64,000 nucleotides of DNA from Candidatus Hodarchaeota archaeon (GCA_048886685.1 JBHLKM010000002.1:263532-327531), one strand, 5' to 3'; positions 9,912 to 21,084 are shown, counted from the first letter of the stretch. The notes: a model not told the origin generated them from the sequence alone. Program-made: numbers and translations.

Positions 9912-11282
9912 TTGAATATGATTGAAGCATATCAAGAAAGTAGAAAAAAAACTTTCCGTTCCCTCTTTTTTCTATATTTCATGATATTTTTTTGTACAGG
10001 AATTTTACCCGTGAATATAGATAATCTCTTAGCATATCTTCATAATACCACAAAATTCGGAATCGGAATAATTTCAGCTGCATCATTGATCACTGGCATT
10101 ATTAGCATCTTAATATTTGGTTATCATGGAGATAAAATCTCAGAAAAATTTTCAAGGAAGAAAGTATTTATCTATACTAATTTTGTGTGGATCTTTACAT
10201 TTGGCTTAGCTTCTTTATCATATAATTTTTTTTATTTTCTTTTCTTTATTGTAGTAGGCGCAATTGGAACTGGAGCTTTTTTACCTCTTGGTTATTCAAT
10301 GATTGGAGATTTTTATTCTCCCAAAGAGAGAGGGAAAAAATATGGGATAATGCAAGTTAGTTTAATTTTAGGTGCGGGAATGGGGATAATATTTGGAGGA
10401 TTGTTAGGAAGCTATGCCGGACCTTTAGGATGGAGAATTGCCTATGGGCTAGGATTTGTTTTAGGATTATTTGCGTTAATCTCTTATATTTTCTCAGGCA
10501 TAGAACCAGAACGGTTACGATCAGAACCGGAATTTGAGAATTTTAAAGGTGAAATAAATTATAACTATAAAATAACTTACAATAATCTGAAGCTACTGTT
10601 TAAAACACGATCTATAGGAGGAATATTACTTTCAGTATTCTGCTCAGGTATAGCTAATGCTACACTTGCTATATGGGCAATTTTTTATTTAACTACTAAA
10701 ATAAATGGTAGTGATGCGGAATTCATAGCTACAACTATTTATATTCTAGCTGGAGGTGGCGCTCTTCCTGGATCTATAATAGGTGGAAGGTTAGGAGATA
10801 AATATTTCAAGTCTGGAAAATTTAAAGGGCGGGTGATCGTTTCATTAATCGGTCTAATCGTAGGAATCTCTCTTTTGATAATCTTCTATATATTACCATT
10901 CTATACTGAAACAAGACTTCAAGTTATCTTTTCTTGGATATTTTTTCTGATAACAGGTTATTTAGGTTTTTTTCTAACAGCTTTTTCTTCTGGAAATCAA
11001 TTTGCTATTTATTCAGAAGTCTCTCTACCTGAGGTTAGAAGTACTGCTAATGCTATGAATGGATTAATGGTGAATCTCGGGGGGATTATTGGGAATTTGG
11101 TAATATCTTCCATGATTGAAAATAATGAGTCATTGTTACCTTTTGCTATTTTTTTAGTTCTAATGATTTGGTTAATCGGAACACTCTTTTGGATTATTCC
11201 ATACCTTTATTATCCAAAAGATTTGAAAGAATGCAGAGATACTCTATCAAAAAGAAGATTTGATTTAGAAAAAAACATATAA
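9912..11282 (+). CDS. MFS transporter
   Basis: About 12 hydrophobic segments; DFYSPKERGK, GGRLGDK, EVRSTANA loop motifs. Confidence 0.9.
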   Translation: MNMIEAYQESRKKTFRSLFFLYFMIFFCTGILPVNIDNLLAYLHNTTKFGIGIISAASLITGIISILIFGYHGDKISEKFSRKKVFIYTNFVWIFTFGLASLSYNFFYFLFFIVVGAIGTGAFLPLGYSMIGDFYSPKERGKKYGIMQVSLILGAGMGIIFGGLLGSYAGPLGWRIAYGLGFVLGLFALISYIFSGIEPERLRSEPEFENFKGEINYNYKITYNNLKLLFKTRSIGGILLSVFCSGIANATLAIWAIFYLTTKINGSDAEFIATTIYILAGGGALPGSIIGGRLGDKYFKSGKFKGRVIVSLIGLIVGISLLIIFYILPFYTETRLQVIFSWIFFLITGYLGFFLTAFSSGNQFAIYSEVSLPEVRSTANAMNGLMVNLGGIIGNLVISSMIENNESLLPFAIFLVLMIWLIGTLFWIIPYLYYPKDLKECRDTLSKRRFDLEKNI

Positions 11283-11374
11283 AACAAGAAAAAATCCAAT
11301 TGAATTATTTATCATCCCAATTGTATTTTATTTTCTTTAAAAATAAATAAAAGACATTCATTATTGTTTAGTTC

Positions 11375-13351
11375 ATGGATGTTGAAAAATATCTAAACAA
11401 AATATTATCTGAAGTTAATGGGCAAAGAGCTTGGGATTGGGTCGCAAAGATATCTCAGTTTAGCAGAATACAAGGATCTAAGGGATATCACGAAATTGCT
11501 CAAATAATTAAGAATGAATTATCTAGAATTGGATATAGCGAGATCGAGCACTTTAAATCTCCCGCCGATGGAAAAAACAATGTTTGGGGGTATGTTGCGG
11601 CTTATCAGTGGGAAATTGAGTCTGGCGAGCTTTGGATTACTGAGCCTGAAAAGATAAAACTCTGCGATTATAATGAAATTAAAACTTCCGTTATAACCCA
11701 TTCAAAGGCATGTGATATCATTACTGAAGTAGTTGATATAGGAAAAGGGGATAAAAAGGAGGATTATGAAAGTAAGGATATCAATGGAAAAATAATATTG
11801 ATTTCTAGCCCAACGTATAGGTATCATTCCTATATTGAAGATTCGGGAGCTCTAGGGGTAATATACTATCCAGATATGAAAAGAACAGGTGATCAATTGG
11901 ATAAGCGTATTTATAATAGCTTTTTCACTACTCATGACCGACTTGATAAGGCTAAATCTGGTTTTAGTATCTCCTACAAACAAGCTATTTATTTGAAGGA
12001 ACTATTAGCAAAAGGAGCTGTAAAGGTCCATGCATTAATTAATGCCAAATTTATGGAGGGAAATCTTGAAGTAGTCACTTCTTCTATCAAAGGGACTAAA
12101 TATCCTGACCAAGAAATAGTTGTTATCGCCCATTTATGTCATCCTTTTCCAAGTGCAAATGACAATGCTAGTGGTGCTGCTGGATTATTGGAACTCGCAA
12201 GAGCCTTAAAAAACTTAATTGATAAAAAAATTATAAATCCACCAAAAAGAACTATCAGGTTTGTATGGGTTCCAGAATTCAATGGGACAGTCCCATGGAT
12301 GAAGCAGCATGAAAACAAAATTAGCAACGTTTTAGCCTGTCTTAATCTAGATATGATTGGAGAACATCCTCTAAAAATAGGATATCCTTTACTAATAAAT
12401 TTAGCAGCCCATTCCACTCCGTCAATCCTTAATGATATTGCAACGTTCTTTATAGAGAAGATTGTTGATCACCCTAAAGGCATCGCAATTAATGGTACAA
12501 AAGTTCCAATGAGTTATCGGTTTACAGGTTTTGAAGGAGGGAGCGATCACGTTCTTTTTGCGGACTCATATTTCGGAATACCCTCATTAATGTTTGGGCA
12601 TGAGGATCCTTATTATCACTCATCGATGGACACTGTTGAATATTGTGATTCTACAGAATTGAAAAGAGTTATCGGAATGGGTACATCCATATCACATACC
12701 CTCTCATTATTGGATGATAATTTGATATCTGAGTTATGGCCTATTATTCAGCAAGGTGTATATAATAGATGGGGTAAAGCAATTAAACTTCTGGAAGAAT
12801 TGATATTAAGCATAACTGGTCTAAAATACACGTCAAGTAAAGAAGATTTAATTGAAATTGTTATACTAGGAACAGATATCATTCAATCTTTTCTTGATTA
12901 TGAATTGAATTTATTGAATTGGCTAGAAAAATTTGACTCATCTTATAAATTAGTTGGTCTACTAGATTTTTCAAAAAAATTGATTTCAGAAATCCTTGAA
13001 ATTTATAATCTAAGATGGTCTAATCAAATTAAAGAATATATAGGAGATAATAAAGTTGAGGATTTAAAAACCAGATTAAACGTAAGTTATATGCCCAATT
13101 TCAATGGACCCCTTGATATAGAAAAACTATTCCCTCTTTTTGATTTTCCACCATTTAAAGACTTTTGTAAGAGTTTGAAGTCCGAATATTTAGGTCCAAT
13201 TAATGAGTTAATTAATTTACTATGTAAGGGATATAAACTTTTAAGGGTTGCGAGTTATTTATCTTTGGAATATAATACGACTATTCTACCAAAAAAGGTT
13301 GTAGAACTCGTAAATTATTTAGAAAAGGAAAATATTATATATAAAAATTAA
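11375..13351 (+). CDS. Peptidase M28 family aminopeptidase with PA domain
   Basis: AHLCHP-x2-ANDNASG, PEFNG, NLDMIG, GGSDH, YHSSMD. Confidence 0.88.
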   Translation: MDVEKYLNKILSEVNGQRAWDWVAKISQFSRIQGSKGYHEIAQIIKNELSRIGYSEIEHFKSPADGKNNVWGYVAAYQWEIESGELWITEPEKIKLCDYNEIKTSVITHSKACDIITEVVDIGKGDKKEDYESKDINGKIILISSPTYRYHSYIEDSGALGVIYYPDMKRTGDQLDKRIYNSFFTTHDRLDKAKSGFSISYKQAIYLKELLAKGAVKVHALINAKFMEGNLEVVTSSIKGTKYPDQEIVVIAHLCHPFPSANDNASGAAGLLELARALKNLIDKKIINPPKRTIRFVWVPEFNGTVPWMKQHENKISNVLACLNLDMIGEHPLKIGYPLLINLAAHSTPSILNDIATFFIEKIVDHPKGIAINGTKVPMSYRFTGFEGGSDHVLFADSYFGIPSLMFGHEDPYYHSSMDTVEYCDSTELKRVIGMGTSISHTLSLLDDNLISELWPIIQQGVYNRWGKAIKLLEELILSITGLKYTSSKEDLIEIVILGTDIIQSFLDYELNLLNWLEKFDSSYKLVGLLDFSKKLISEILEIYNLRWSNQIKEYIGDNKVEDLKTRLNVSYMPNFNGPLDIEKLFPLFDFPPFKDFCKSLKSEYLGPINELINLLCKGYKLLRVASYLSLEYNTTILPKKVVELVNYLEKENIIYKN

Positions 13352-13464
13352 AAAGATAGTTATATTTTTTATTTAATTACTTTTTTATAGTTAAATTTTT
13401 AGAATAAGTAGAATTTATTTCTCTTGAAGAAAGAACTATTATTATCCTTTAAATTACTATTGGA

Positions 13465-14508
13465 ATGGTTGTTTTGTCGGATATTTTTAATGGATCAGTG
13501 GATAAAAACCCGAATGAAGATCTATGTGTCGTTTATGTATTATATTTTGATGAAAAGAAGGGTCAAATTCCCCTATTAATGTATCCTGATGATAGGCTAA
13601 GGAATGATAAAAGATATATGCGTCCAGTAAATTATCATCCAGTTTGGTTCTTGGAAACTGCGGAACTTGACCATATAGATTTAGAATATAAAGGATATAC
13701 TTTTTTTGGAAAAAAATTTTTAGTAAAATCTAAAAGGCAAAAGAGAAGAGCAGGACTTGAATTAGAGACCCCAGAAACAATAGTAATAATAGTTTCTTTG
13801 CCTATTGAATTAGAAATTTTTGGAGATGAACTAATCCGAAAGTTAGCAGATGAAATTAGGAGTAAATTCGAAGATCAATTTTTTGAAGTTATTGAAAGTG
13901 AAATTGCTAGCGAAAATGTAATTAAATCTCCAAAGGTTCAGGAACGAATAACGAAAGGTAAGAAGATAAAAGTATTCATGAGGGAATTGATTGATACTAC
14001 CATCAGAAATTACTTCTCTAATGCTATTCAGAAAAAAACTGATTCACCATCATTTAAAACTCAAAAAGCTATTTCCTATTTTGCTCTAAAGGGATTTGAT
14101 TTTTCACCTCTTGGCAATTTAAGAAGAGAGGAACCATTCTCTAATATAGAATTATTTGATCCTACAAAACAAGCAAATGAAGGTATCTCAACCGCATTTC
14201 CCGTTTCAATAAATCATATTAATTTTATTGAAAATAGTCAAGAAATAGAAGTTACAGTTCAAAACAATACTGACAAAGAATTACAAAATATTTCTATAAC
14301 AATAACTCATGTGAAAGAATTTTTTGAAAAAGAAGTAATGAACCAAGAGGTTGATTTCTGGTTTTCTCAAGAAGAACTCTTGTTTGTATCTCCAATTGTG
14401 CCTCATATTGATGAATATTTATTTTCCATCAATCAACAAGTCGATGGTGGAGATGATATAAAAATTCTTACACAGAGAATAGATTTAAAATTAATCAATA
14501 AAATTTAA
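13465..14508 (+). CDS. uDENN/longin-like protein with C-terminal Ig-like domain
   Basis: N-terminal YFDEKKGQIPLLMYP resembles the FD-x3-G-x5-YP start of uDENN/longin domains; C-terminal beta-rich IEVTVQNNTDKELQNISITI. Confidence 0.55.
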   Translation: MVVLSDIFNGSVDKNPNEDLCVVYVLYFDEKKGQIPLLMYPDDRLRNDKRYMRPVNYHPVWFLETAELDHIDLEYKGYTFFGKKFLVKSKRQKRRAGLELETPETIVIIVSLPIELEIFGDELIRKLADEIRSKFEDQFFEVIESEIASENVIKSPKVQERITKGKKIKVFMRELIDTTIRNYFSNAIQKKTDSPSFKTQKAISYFALKGFDFSPLGNLRREEPFSNIELFDPTKQANEGISTAFPVSINHINFIENSQEIEVTVQNNTDKELQNISITITHVKEFFEKEVMNQEVDFWFSQEELLFVSPIVPHIDEYLFSINQQVDGGDDIKILTQRIDLKLINKI

Positions 14509-14518
14509 AATTAAAAAA

Positions 14519-15007
14519 ATGGAAATCAAAATGTCATATGATGTATTAAAAGAAGAAGATATTATTATTAGAAATTACCGGACATCAGATTATCAATCAA
14601 CTTTAGAAATTCTAAAAGAGCTTAACAAGCTATATGATATTGGTTTTAATGAAAAACAATGGAGAGAATCTTCAGGATTAAGACAGTTTAAACCAAATTT
14701 AAAACGAATCACCTTGATTGCAGAATTAAAATCTAATGGTGATGTTGTCAGCATGGGTGTAATTGAAGCTCAAAAGAATACTTTAGGGCAGTATGTTGGT
14801 TATTTAGATAATTGGGCTACAAAACGCGGATTCATAGGAAAGGGTGTTGGAAAACTCTTAGCAGATAGAGCCATTCAGATTTTACAATCCTGGGGATGTG
14901 ATTCGATAAGGATCAATCTAGCATATAAAACAGATAAAAAGCTTCTTGATGTATTTGGGAAAACGGGATTTCATCCAATACTCATAGTTCTCGAAAAAAG
15001 ATTTTAG
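14519..15007 (+). CDS. GNAT acetyltransferase (paralogue of 39766..40263)
   Basis: IIRNYRTSD, FIGKGVGKLL, FGKTGF. Confidence 0.8.
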   Translation: MEIKMSYDVLKEEDIIIRNYRTSDYQSTLEILKELNKLYDIGFNEKQWRESSGLRQFKPNLKRITLIAELKSNGDVVSMGVIEAQKNTLGQYVGYLDNWATKRGFIGKGVGKLLADRAIQILQSWGCDSIRINLAYKTDKKLLDVFGKTGFHPILIVLEKRF

Positions 15008-15103
15008 AATTTTTAAAGAGAAAGCTGTTCAAAACTGTTATATCAGATTTTTTATTATTTCTTATTTTAATTAAATGAGTCCATAATCTAAACTTTAAGG
15101 TGA

Positions 15104-15379
15104 ATGAAGATGGGTGAGGTGTGTAGATTATGTAAACATTGTAAGATTGAATACTATATCTGCAATATTGATAAAGAACGAAAAGATCCTGAGGATACAT
15201 GTGAACATTTTAAGAGTTTTAGTGGTTTTAGAGCTTTTACCTTGCCATTTATAATAATTATATTATTAGCTATTGTTAGTTGCGTAGTTTTATGGATTCT
15301 TTTCCCAGATAAGATTATCTTAATATTGTCACCAATAATAGTTGGTGCTATTTGGGTAATTTTTATTTTTCTGCGATAA
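15104..15379 (+). CDS. Small Cys-rich two-TM membrane protein
   Basis: CRLCKHC...C...CEHF followed by two hydrophobic helices. Confidence 0.55.
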   Translation: MKMGEVCRLCKHCKIEYYICNIDKERKDPEDTCEHFKSFSGFRAFTLPFIIIILLAIVSCVVLWILFPDKIILILSPIIVGAIWVIFIFLR

Positions 15380-15502
15380 TTCTTACTCCAGAAGATATTT
15401 GAGTAAAAATTATAGTTAAGAACTGAGATTCAGTTTTTAAAAATTTTAAAGTTCCATGATGATAAATCAATATATTCTTACCTCTTTAATTTTTCTAAGC
15501 TA

Positions 15503-16066
15503 TTACCTTAAAAGGTTAAAATAACTTTTTAGGTATTTTTGCGCAACAAAAATTGAAAGAAGGTTTCCTCCACCCAATATTCCTCCAATTAATACTGTAA
15601 TCCATGCTATTTTTGCGGTCTTAGATGTTTCAAAACGTAAGAAAATGATCGTACCTATAACTGTGATGACGCCTCCCAAAATTGTAATAAATTGGAAAAT
15701 TGTAACAAATAACATTCCTAAAATTAGGAATTCAGGATACAAAACTAATATAAGCGACCCAATAAGTATTGAGATAGTTCCACCGAGAATCCCTAAAGCA
15801 AATCCTCCCGTCTTTGATGTTGACTTAATTCGCTCATCTAGACAATAGGGGCAGTTATCTACTCCTTGAGGGATATAGTTCTTACAATATATACATTTTA
15901 CCATTTTCTCTTGTTGATACAGTTTAAATTGCTCTCCTTCTTTTTCAATATTTTCCAAATGCTTTTCTCTTTCCTCTGTCTTCCTCTTTTCGATTTTTAC
16001 TATTTTTGCTTTCATTTCTTGAGCATAATCCCTTGCATTTCCACCATTTTTTCCTTCTTCATTCAT
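15503..16066 (-). CDS. Zinc-ribbon membrane protein
   Basis: Charged coiled N-terminus, CIYC...CPYC, three hydrophobic helices. Confidence 0.65.
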   Translation of the reverse strand: MNEEGKNGGNARDYAQEMKAKIVKIEKRKTEEREKHLENIEKEGEQFKLYQQEKMVKCIYCKNYIPQGVDNCPYCLDERIKSTSKTGGFALGILGGTISILIGSLILVLYPEFLILGMLFVTIFQFITILGGVITVIGTIIFLRFETSKTAKIAWITVLIGGILGGGNLLSIFVAQKYLKSYFNLLR

Positions 16067-16156
16067 TCCTTACACACATACGTTCAATTCAATTATATAA
16101 CAAATCATATATAATAGAAATTAAATTGCTTCAATTCGTTTAATTAAATTTGATCT

Positions 16157-16251
16157 TTACAAAATTAAGAAAGTTAATGCATCAAACATCTCTTCAATAT
16201 TTCCTTTTTTTACACTACATTCTATGAATCCGTTCACACCCTCGATTTAGC
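16157..16251 (-). pseudogene. Remnant of the C-terminus of a Rab-like small GTPase
   Basis: Minus strand reads AKS(R)/GVNGFIECSVKKGNIEEMFDALTFLIL*, i.e. G5 plus the last helix (compare ECSSKTGENVESVF at 26.7 kb); one frameshift, no upstream domain. Confidence 0.65.
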
Positions 16252-16401
16252 ACACAGTATTATGAAATAATTAGACTTTCTTGTATAAAAACTTAATTAC
16301 AAATCTCTAATTTCGTATATCAATCCTATGTAGATAAATAATACATAATGTCTAACAGGTTAGGAAAATAGAAATTTTATTAATTCTAAATAAAAGGAAT
16401 T

Positions 16402-17772
16402 TTATAATTTTTCAAACCTAGCTTGAAAAAATCTCAAATATTCAGGTTCATAGACCATTTCTAATCCACGAATCGTTTCTCTTTTTTCATAGAGTCTTTT
16501 TATCGATTCTGCTGTGTATTCCATATGGGAATTTGTGTAAACCCTTCTTGGAATTGTTAATCTTACTAATTCTAAAGGTGGAAAAATATTATCACCCGTT
16601 TCCTTATCTCGTCCCTTCGAAATAGCACCTCTCTCCATAGTTCTTACGGCAGAATCCTCATAAATCGCTGCTGCTAATGTTTGAGCAGGCCATTGTTCTC
16701 TTTCGAGATGAGGTAAAAATTTCAAAGCATCAAGAAAGACAGCATGTCCCCCAATAGGTTTTACAATTGGCACGTTAACTTTTTTTAACATCTCACCTAA
16801 ATACCGAACTTGATGAATTCTATATTTTAAATATTCATATTGAGCGCCCTCTCTCAAACCTCGAGCAACAGCTTCCATATCTCTCCCAGCCATACCACCA
16901 TATGTATGTAGACCTTCATAAACCACTACCATATTACGGGTGCTTTCAAAGATTTCCTCGTCATTTGTAGCGAGGAAACCACCAATGTTAACTAAACAAT
17001 CTTTCTTGCTCGAATATATACATCCATCAGAATAGCTCATCATTTCTCTTAAAATTTCAACAATCGGTACGTTTTCATAACCTTTTTCATGTTCTCGAAT
17101 AAAGAAAGCATTCTCACTAGAACGAGTTGCATCATAAATTATTTTAAGTTTGTAATCATTACAAAAATCTCTTAATTTTCTTAAGTTCTCCATAGAAATG
17201 GGTTGACCTCCTGCCATATTTACATCCATTTCCACGCTAACAAAAGCGATTTTATCCAAACCGTAGTCGTCTATATATTTCTGTAATTTTTTTAAGTCTA
17301 CATTTCCCTTAAATGGATGCTCATTCTCTGGATCATGAGCTTCATCAATAATCATGTCAACCATTTTTCCTCCAGGAAGTTCAACATGTAATTTTGAAGT
17401 AGTAAAATACATGTTTCTTGGAACAATTTGCCCTGGTTTTACAAGATGGCTATACATGAGATGTTCAGCACCTCTACCTTGGTGGGTTGGGACTAAATAT
17501 TTATAGCCTAAAACATCTTGTACCGCTTTCTCAAGATGGTAGAAGTTTTTTGCCCCAGCATAAGCCTCATCGCCTAAAAGCATACCACTCCACTGATAAT
17601 CAGACATAGCGGAAGTACCAGAATCAGTTAATAAATCAATAAATACATCTTCAGATTTTAAAAGGAATGTGTTATACCCAGCCTCTTTAATTGCTTCCTT
17701 TCTTCTATTTTCATCCGGCATTCCAACATGTTCGATCATCTTAATTTTAAATGGCTCAACAGGACCGTTCAT
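16402..17772 (-). CDS. tpl: Tyrosine phenol-lyase (beta-eliminating lyase)
   Basis: DLLTDSGT, THQGRGAE, SSKKD PLP lysine; TPL-type rather than tryptophanase-type residues in NMYFTT, MERG and LRFFQARF. Confidence 0.88.
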   Translation of the reverse strand: MNGPVEPFKIKMIEHVGMPDENRRKEAIKEAGYNTFLLKSEDVFIDLLTDSGTSAMSDYQWSGMLLGDEAYAGAKNFYHLEKAVQDVLGYKYLVPTHQGRGAEHLMYSHLVKPGQIVPRNMYFTTSKLHVELPGGKMVDMIIDEAHDPENEHPFKGNVDLKKLQKYIDDYGLDKIAFVSVEMDVNMAGGQPISMENLRKLRDFCNDYKLKIIYDATRSSENAFFIREHEKGYENVPIVEILREMMSYSDGCIYSSKKDCLVNIGGFLATNDEEIFESTRNMVVVYEGLHTYGGMAGRDMEAVARGLREGAQYEYLKYRIHQVRYLGEMLKKVNVPIVKPIGGHAVFLDALKFLPHLEREQWPAQTLAAAIYEDSAVRTMERGAISKGRDKETGDNIFPPLELVRLTIPRRVYTNSHMEYTAESIKRLYEKRETIRGLEMVYEPEYLRFFQARFEKL

Positions 17773-17980
17773 AATAATATCAATAGAGAATACAATTTAG
17801 TATATTAATAATAATTAAGTATGTTAAATTGAAAAATATTCTCATAAAAGTCTCCCATCCTTTTCCCATTATCAAAAATCCTAATGGAAAATTACTTAAA
17901 TTCAAAAAAAGTTTAAATTAAGACTATATAAGGTTATATCTCTTTATTTTTTAACTTTTCATGAAATAATTTAAATTAAT

Positions 17981-18307
17981 CTATTCATTTTTCCTCCAAG
18001 GCTTCGTAAGTTGATGTGCTGCCATTTTTGGTCTTCGATCTCGCGTTAATACGCCTATATAATTTATTCCCCCCATTCTTCGAATTCCTTGGGCAGTTTT
18101 AAAGTCACATAAGTTCCAAACATGGTGTCCCACGATGTATGGCTTTTTATCCAAGAGTTCAATATAGCGCGTTAAAAATTCTACTTGATATTCTTCACTA
18201 AACATTTCTGGAGGTTGTGCATGCCATCCTGATATAGTATCTGCTCCAAATTCGCTTAATATTATTGGTTTATCATATAATTGATAAATTTTATCTAGTT
18301 CTGTTGC
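17981..18307 (-). pseudogene. uidA: C-terminal fragment of a GH2 beta-glucuronidase
   Basis: KPIILSEFGADTISGWH, MFSEEYQ, WNLCDFKT, TRDRRPKMAA; preceded by an in-frame TAA and non-coding AT-rich DNA. Confidence 0.85.
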
Positions 18308-18442
18308 TTATTCAAAATTATATTCTTATAATAATTTTCCTTTTCTGCAATTGTATTGGTAATTTTGAAGAAATATTTTAATTGTGGAAAATTCAGAATC
18401 ATATAATATAATAAACATTAAAAGAAAGGGAGAAAGAAATAA

Positions 18443-19882
18443 ATGATTGGGATAAAATCTTATGGTGCATATTTACCAAAATATCTTATGCCCCGTGAGC
18501 TGATTGCAAAAGCTTGGGACTTTCCATCAGTTCCCGGTACTAAAGCTGTTGCGAGCATTGATGAAGATAGTATTACAATGGCAGTTGAAGCTGGATTAGA
18601 CTGTTTAAGTGGAATTGACCCAAAGAGTATTGATGGTCTATTTTTTGCTACAACAACTCAAGTATATACAGAAAAAGATTCGGCTTCATTTATAGCCACA
18701 GTGTTAGATTTAAGGGAAGACATTATTACTACAGACTTTACTGATTCTTTAAAAGCTGGAACGACAGCTCTAGCTAGAGCAATTGATACTATTAAAGCAA
18801 ATAAAGATATAAGCACTATACTAGTTATTGCCGCTGATACAAGGGAAGCTGAACCTGCAACTATGTCAGAATTTGGATTTGCTGATGGGGCTGCTGCGCT
18901 TCTTGTTAAGGAAGGAGAAGATCTACCTCTTGTAATTGATGATTATTATTCTATTTCAGCTAATGTTACTGGACCTTGGAAACGGACAAAAGAAGATAGT
19001 TTTATTAGGACTTTTGAAGCTAAAATGGATAACCAATTCTACACTCAAAGCATAATAAGGGTTATGTCTGAGATTATGAAAAGGAATAATTTGAATCCTG
19101 AGGATATTGATGTAGCGGCATATTATTATAACAATCCTCGAACACATGGTCGTATTTCCAAAATGATGAAATTCAGTCAAGGAGTTGCTCAAAATGGATT
19201 ATTTTTTCAGATCGGTGACCTTGGTACTCCAATGCCTTTTATGTTATTAATATCGGCCATGAAACGTCCAAAAGAAGATGCAAAGGTTATTTTAGCAGGA
19301 TTTGGTGATGGAGCTGACGCAATCCTAATGCATATTCAAGACAGAAAAGGTCTCAGAGAACTAACAAAGAATCATATGGGCTTATCAGGACATCAAAAAA
19401 CAATGAAAACACTGGAAAACTATACTGTATATATAGAAAACAAAAAGCTACTTACTAAGGATCGTTATGTTCGAAAAAGTTCTGCTGTGACAATGTGGCG
19501 TGAAACACCTACAGTATATAAGATGTATGGTAATAAATGCAAAAATTGTGGTACTGTTCAGTATCCTTCTACATTTAGATCTTGTATTGTTTGTAGGGCT
19601 GATGATCAAATGGAACTTGTGAAACTTGCTCTAAAAGGTAAAATATTTACTTATACATTAGATCATTTAGTTGGTGGATCATATATGGCTACACCTATAC
19701 CTCGTTGTGTTATAGATCTTGATGGTGGTGGGCGTATTTTAGTAAATATGACAGAAATAGAAAATCCAGAAGAGAATGTAAAGATTGGAATGGAAGTTGA
19801 ATTAACTTTCAGAAAAGAGCATGAAGGTGCTGATTTCAAAAATTATTATTGGAAATGTCGACCTTTAAGGGGAAGAATTTAA
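18443..19882 (+). CDS. HMG-CoA-synthase-fold protein fused to DUF35 (Zn-ribbon/OB-fold); thiolase partner
   Basis: IKSYGAYLP, DEDSITMAVEA, GFGDGADA; catalytic Cys position reads DSLKAG; C-terminal CKNC..CIVC, IFTYTLDH, IGMEVELTFR, YYWKC. Confidence 0.85.
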   Translation: MIGIKSYGAYLPKYLMPRELIAKAWDFPSVPGTKAVASIDEDSITMAVEAGLDCLSGIDPKSIDGLFFATTTQVYTEKDSASFIATVLDLREDIITTDFTDSLKAGTTALARAIDTIKANKDISTILVIAADTREAEPATMSEFGFADGAAALLVKEGEDLPLVIDDYYSISANVTGPWKRTKEDSFIRTFEAKMDNQFYTQSIIRVMSEIMKRNNLNPEDIDVAAYYYNNPRTHGRISKMMKFSQGVAQNGLFFQIGDLGTPMPFMLLISAMKRPKEDAKVILAGFGDGADAILMHIQDRKGLRELTKNHMGLSGHQKTMKTLENYTVYIENKKLLTKDRYVRKSSAVTMWRETPTVYKMYGNKCKNCGTVQYPSTFRSCIVCRADDQMELVKLALKGKIFTYTLDHLVGGSYMATPIPRCVIDLDGGGRILVNMTEIENPEENVKIGMEVELTFRKEHEGADFKNYYWKCRPLRGRI

Positions 19883-19896
19883 AGGAGGTGGAGAGG

Positions 19897-21084
19897 TTGG
19901 TAGTAAAAGGAATTAAAGATAAAATCGCTATTATTGGATGTGATGCTACAAAATATGGAGAATTATGGGATAAAGGAAGGGAAGACTTACTTTTTGAAGC
20001 AACTCAGGGTGCTATTAAAGATGCTGGAATCAAAAAGGATGAAATCGAAGCAGCATGGGTTGGTATTTATTATTATTTTACTGGAATGTCAGGTGCTACG
20101 GTAGAAGATATATTAAGACTTGATGGTATTCCAATTACTCGAACTGAGAATTATTGTGCCTCAGGGATGGATGCTTTTCGAAATGCATGTTTTGGAGTTG
20201 TTAGTGGTGCCTATGATGTAGTTCTCGCATGTGGAGTTGAAAAACTTATGGATGAAGGTTCAAGTGGATTACCCGGTTTTAAGATATTTGGGCATCCCGT
20301 ATTACCTTTACCATCTGCACCCGCTATGTTTTCAATGGCAGCAACAAGATGTTTTCATGAATTTGGGTGGACAAAGGAGGACATATCTCGAGTAGCAGTT
20401 AAAAATCATGATAATGGATCCTATCATCCGAAAGCTCATTTTAGAAGCAAGATATCAATCGACCAGGCAATGAAGGCTCCGATGATTGCTGATCCACTAG
20501 GACGTTTCGACTGTTGTGCTATGTCAGATGGTGCTGCATCATTGATTTTAACTAGACCAGAGCTAGCAGAAAGTTATGCTCATGCTGATGATTACATTGT
20601 AGTTAAATCAAATCAAATATCAACTCGAACGAATTTTCCATGGTACGTCCCTCCAAACGGACCTGGAGCGGATTTTACTAGTTTTCCATCTACAGTTAAA
20701 GCGGCTGAAATGGCTTATAAAGAAGCGGGGATTACCAATCCTAGAAAAGAAATTGATGCAGCAGAAGTTCATGATTGTTTTACTATTACAGAACTTATTA
20801 ATTATCAAGATTTGCAATTTTGTGATCGTGGTATGGCTGCAGAAGAATTAAAGAATGGAACGTTTGATTGGGATGGAGAAACAGCTGTTAATCCGAGTGG
20901 TGGTCTAAAATCGTTCGGACATCCGATTGGAAGTACTGGTTGTAGAATGCTTCAAGAGATAACTAAACAATTACAAGGGCGTGCTGAAGGGAGACAAGTT
21001 CCTGATGCAAAGATTGGATTATGTCATAATCTTGGAGGAGCGTTCAGCGTTGCATCAGTTACGATTTTAGGTCAGAGAGGTTGA
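19897..21084 (+). CDS. SCP-x-type thiolase, copy 1
   Basis: ENYCASG, EVHDCFT, NPSGGLKSFGHPIGSTG; TTG start at 19897 after GGAGGTGGAGAGG. Confidence 0.9.
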   Translation: MVVKGIKDKIAIIGCDATKYGELWDKGREDLLFEATQGAIKDAGIKKDEIEAAWVGIYYYFTGMSGATVEDILRLDGIPITRTENYCASGMDAFRNACFGVVSGAYDVVLACGVEKLMDEGSSGLPGFKIFGHPVLPLPSAPAMFSMAATRCFHEFGWTKEDISRVAVKNHDNGSYHPKAHFRSKISIDQAMKAPMIADPLGRFDCCAMSDGAASLILTRPELAESYAHADDYIVVKSNQISTRTNFPWYVPPNGPGADFTSFPSTVKAAEMAYKEAGITNPRKEIDAAEVHDCFTITELINYQDLQFCDRGMAAEELKNGTFDWDGETAVNPSGGLKSFGHPIGSTGCRMLQEITKQLQGRAEGRQVPDAKIGLCHNLGGAFSVASVTILGQRG

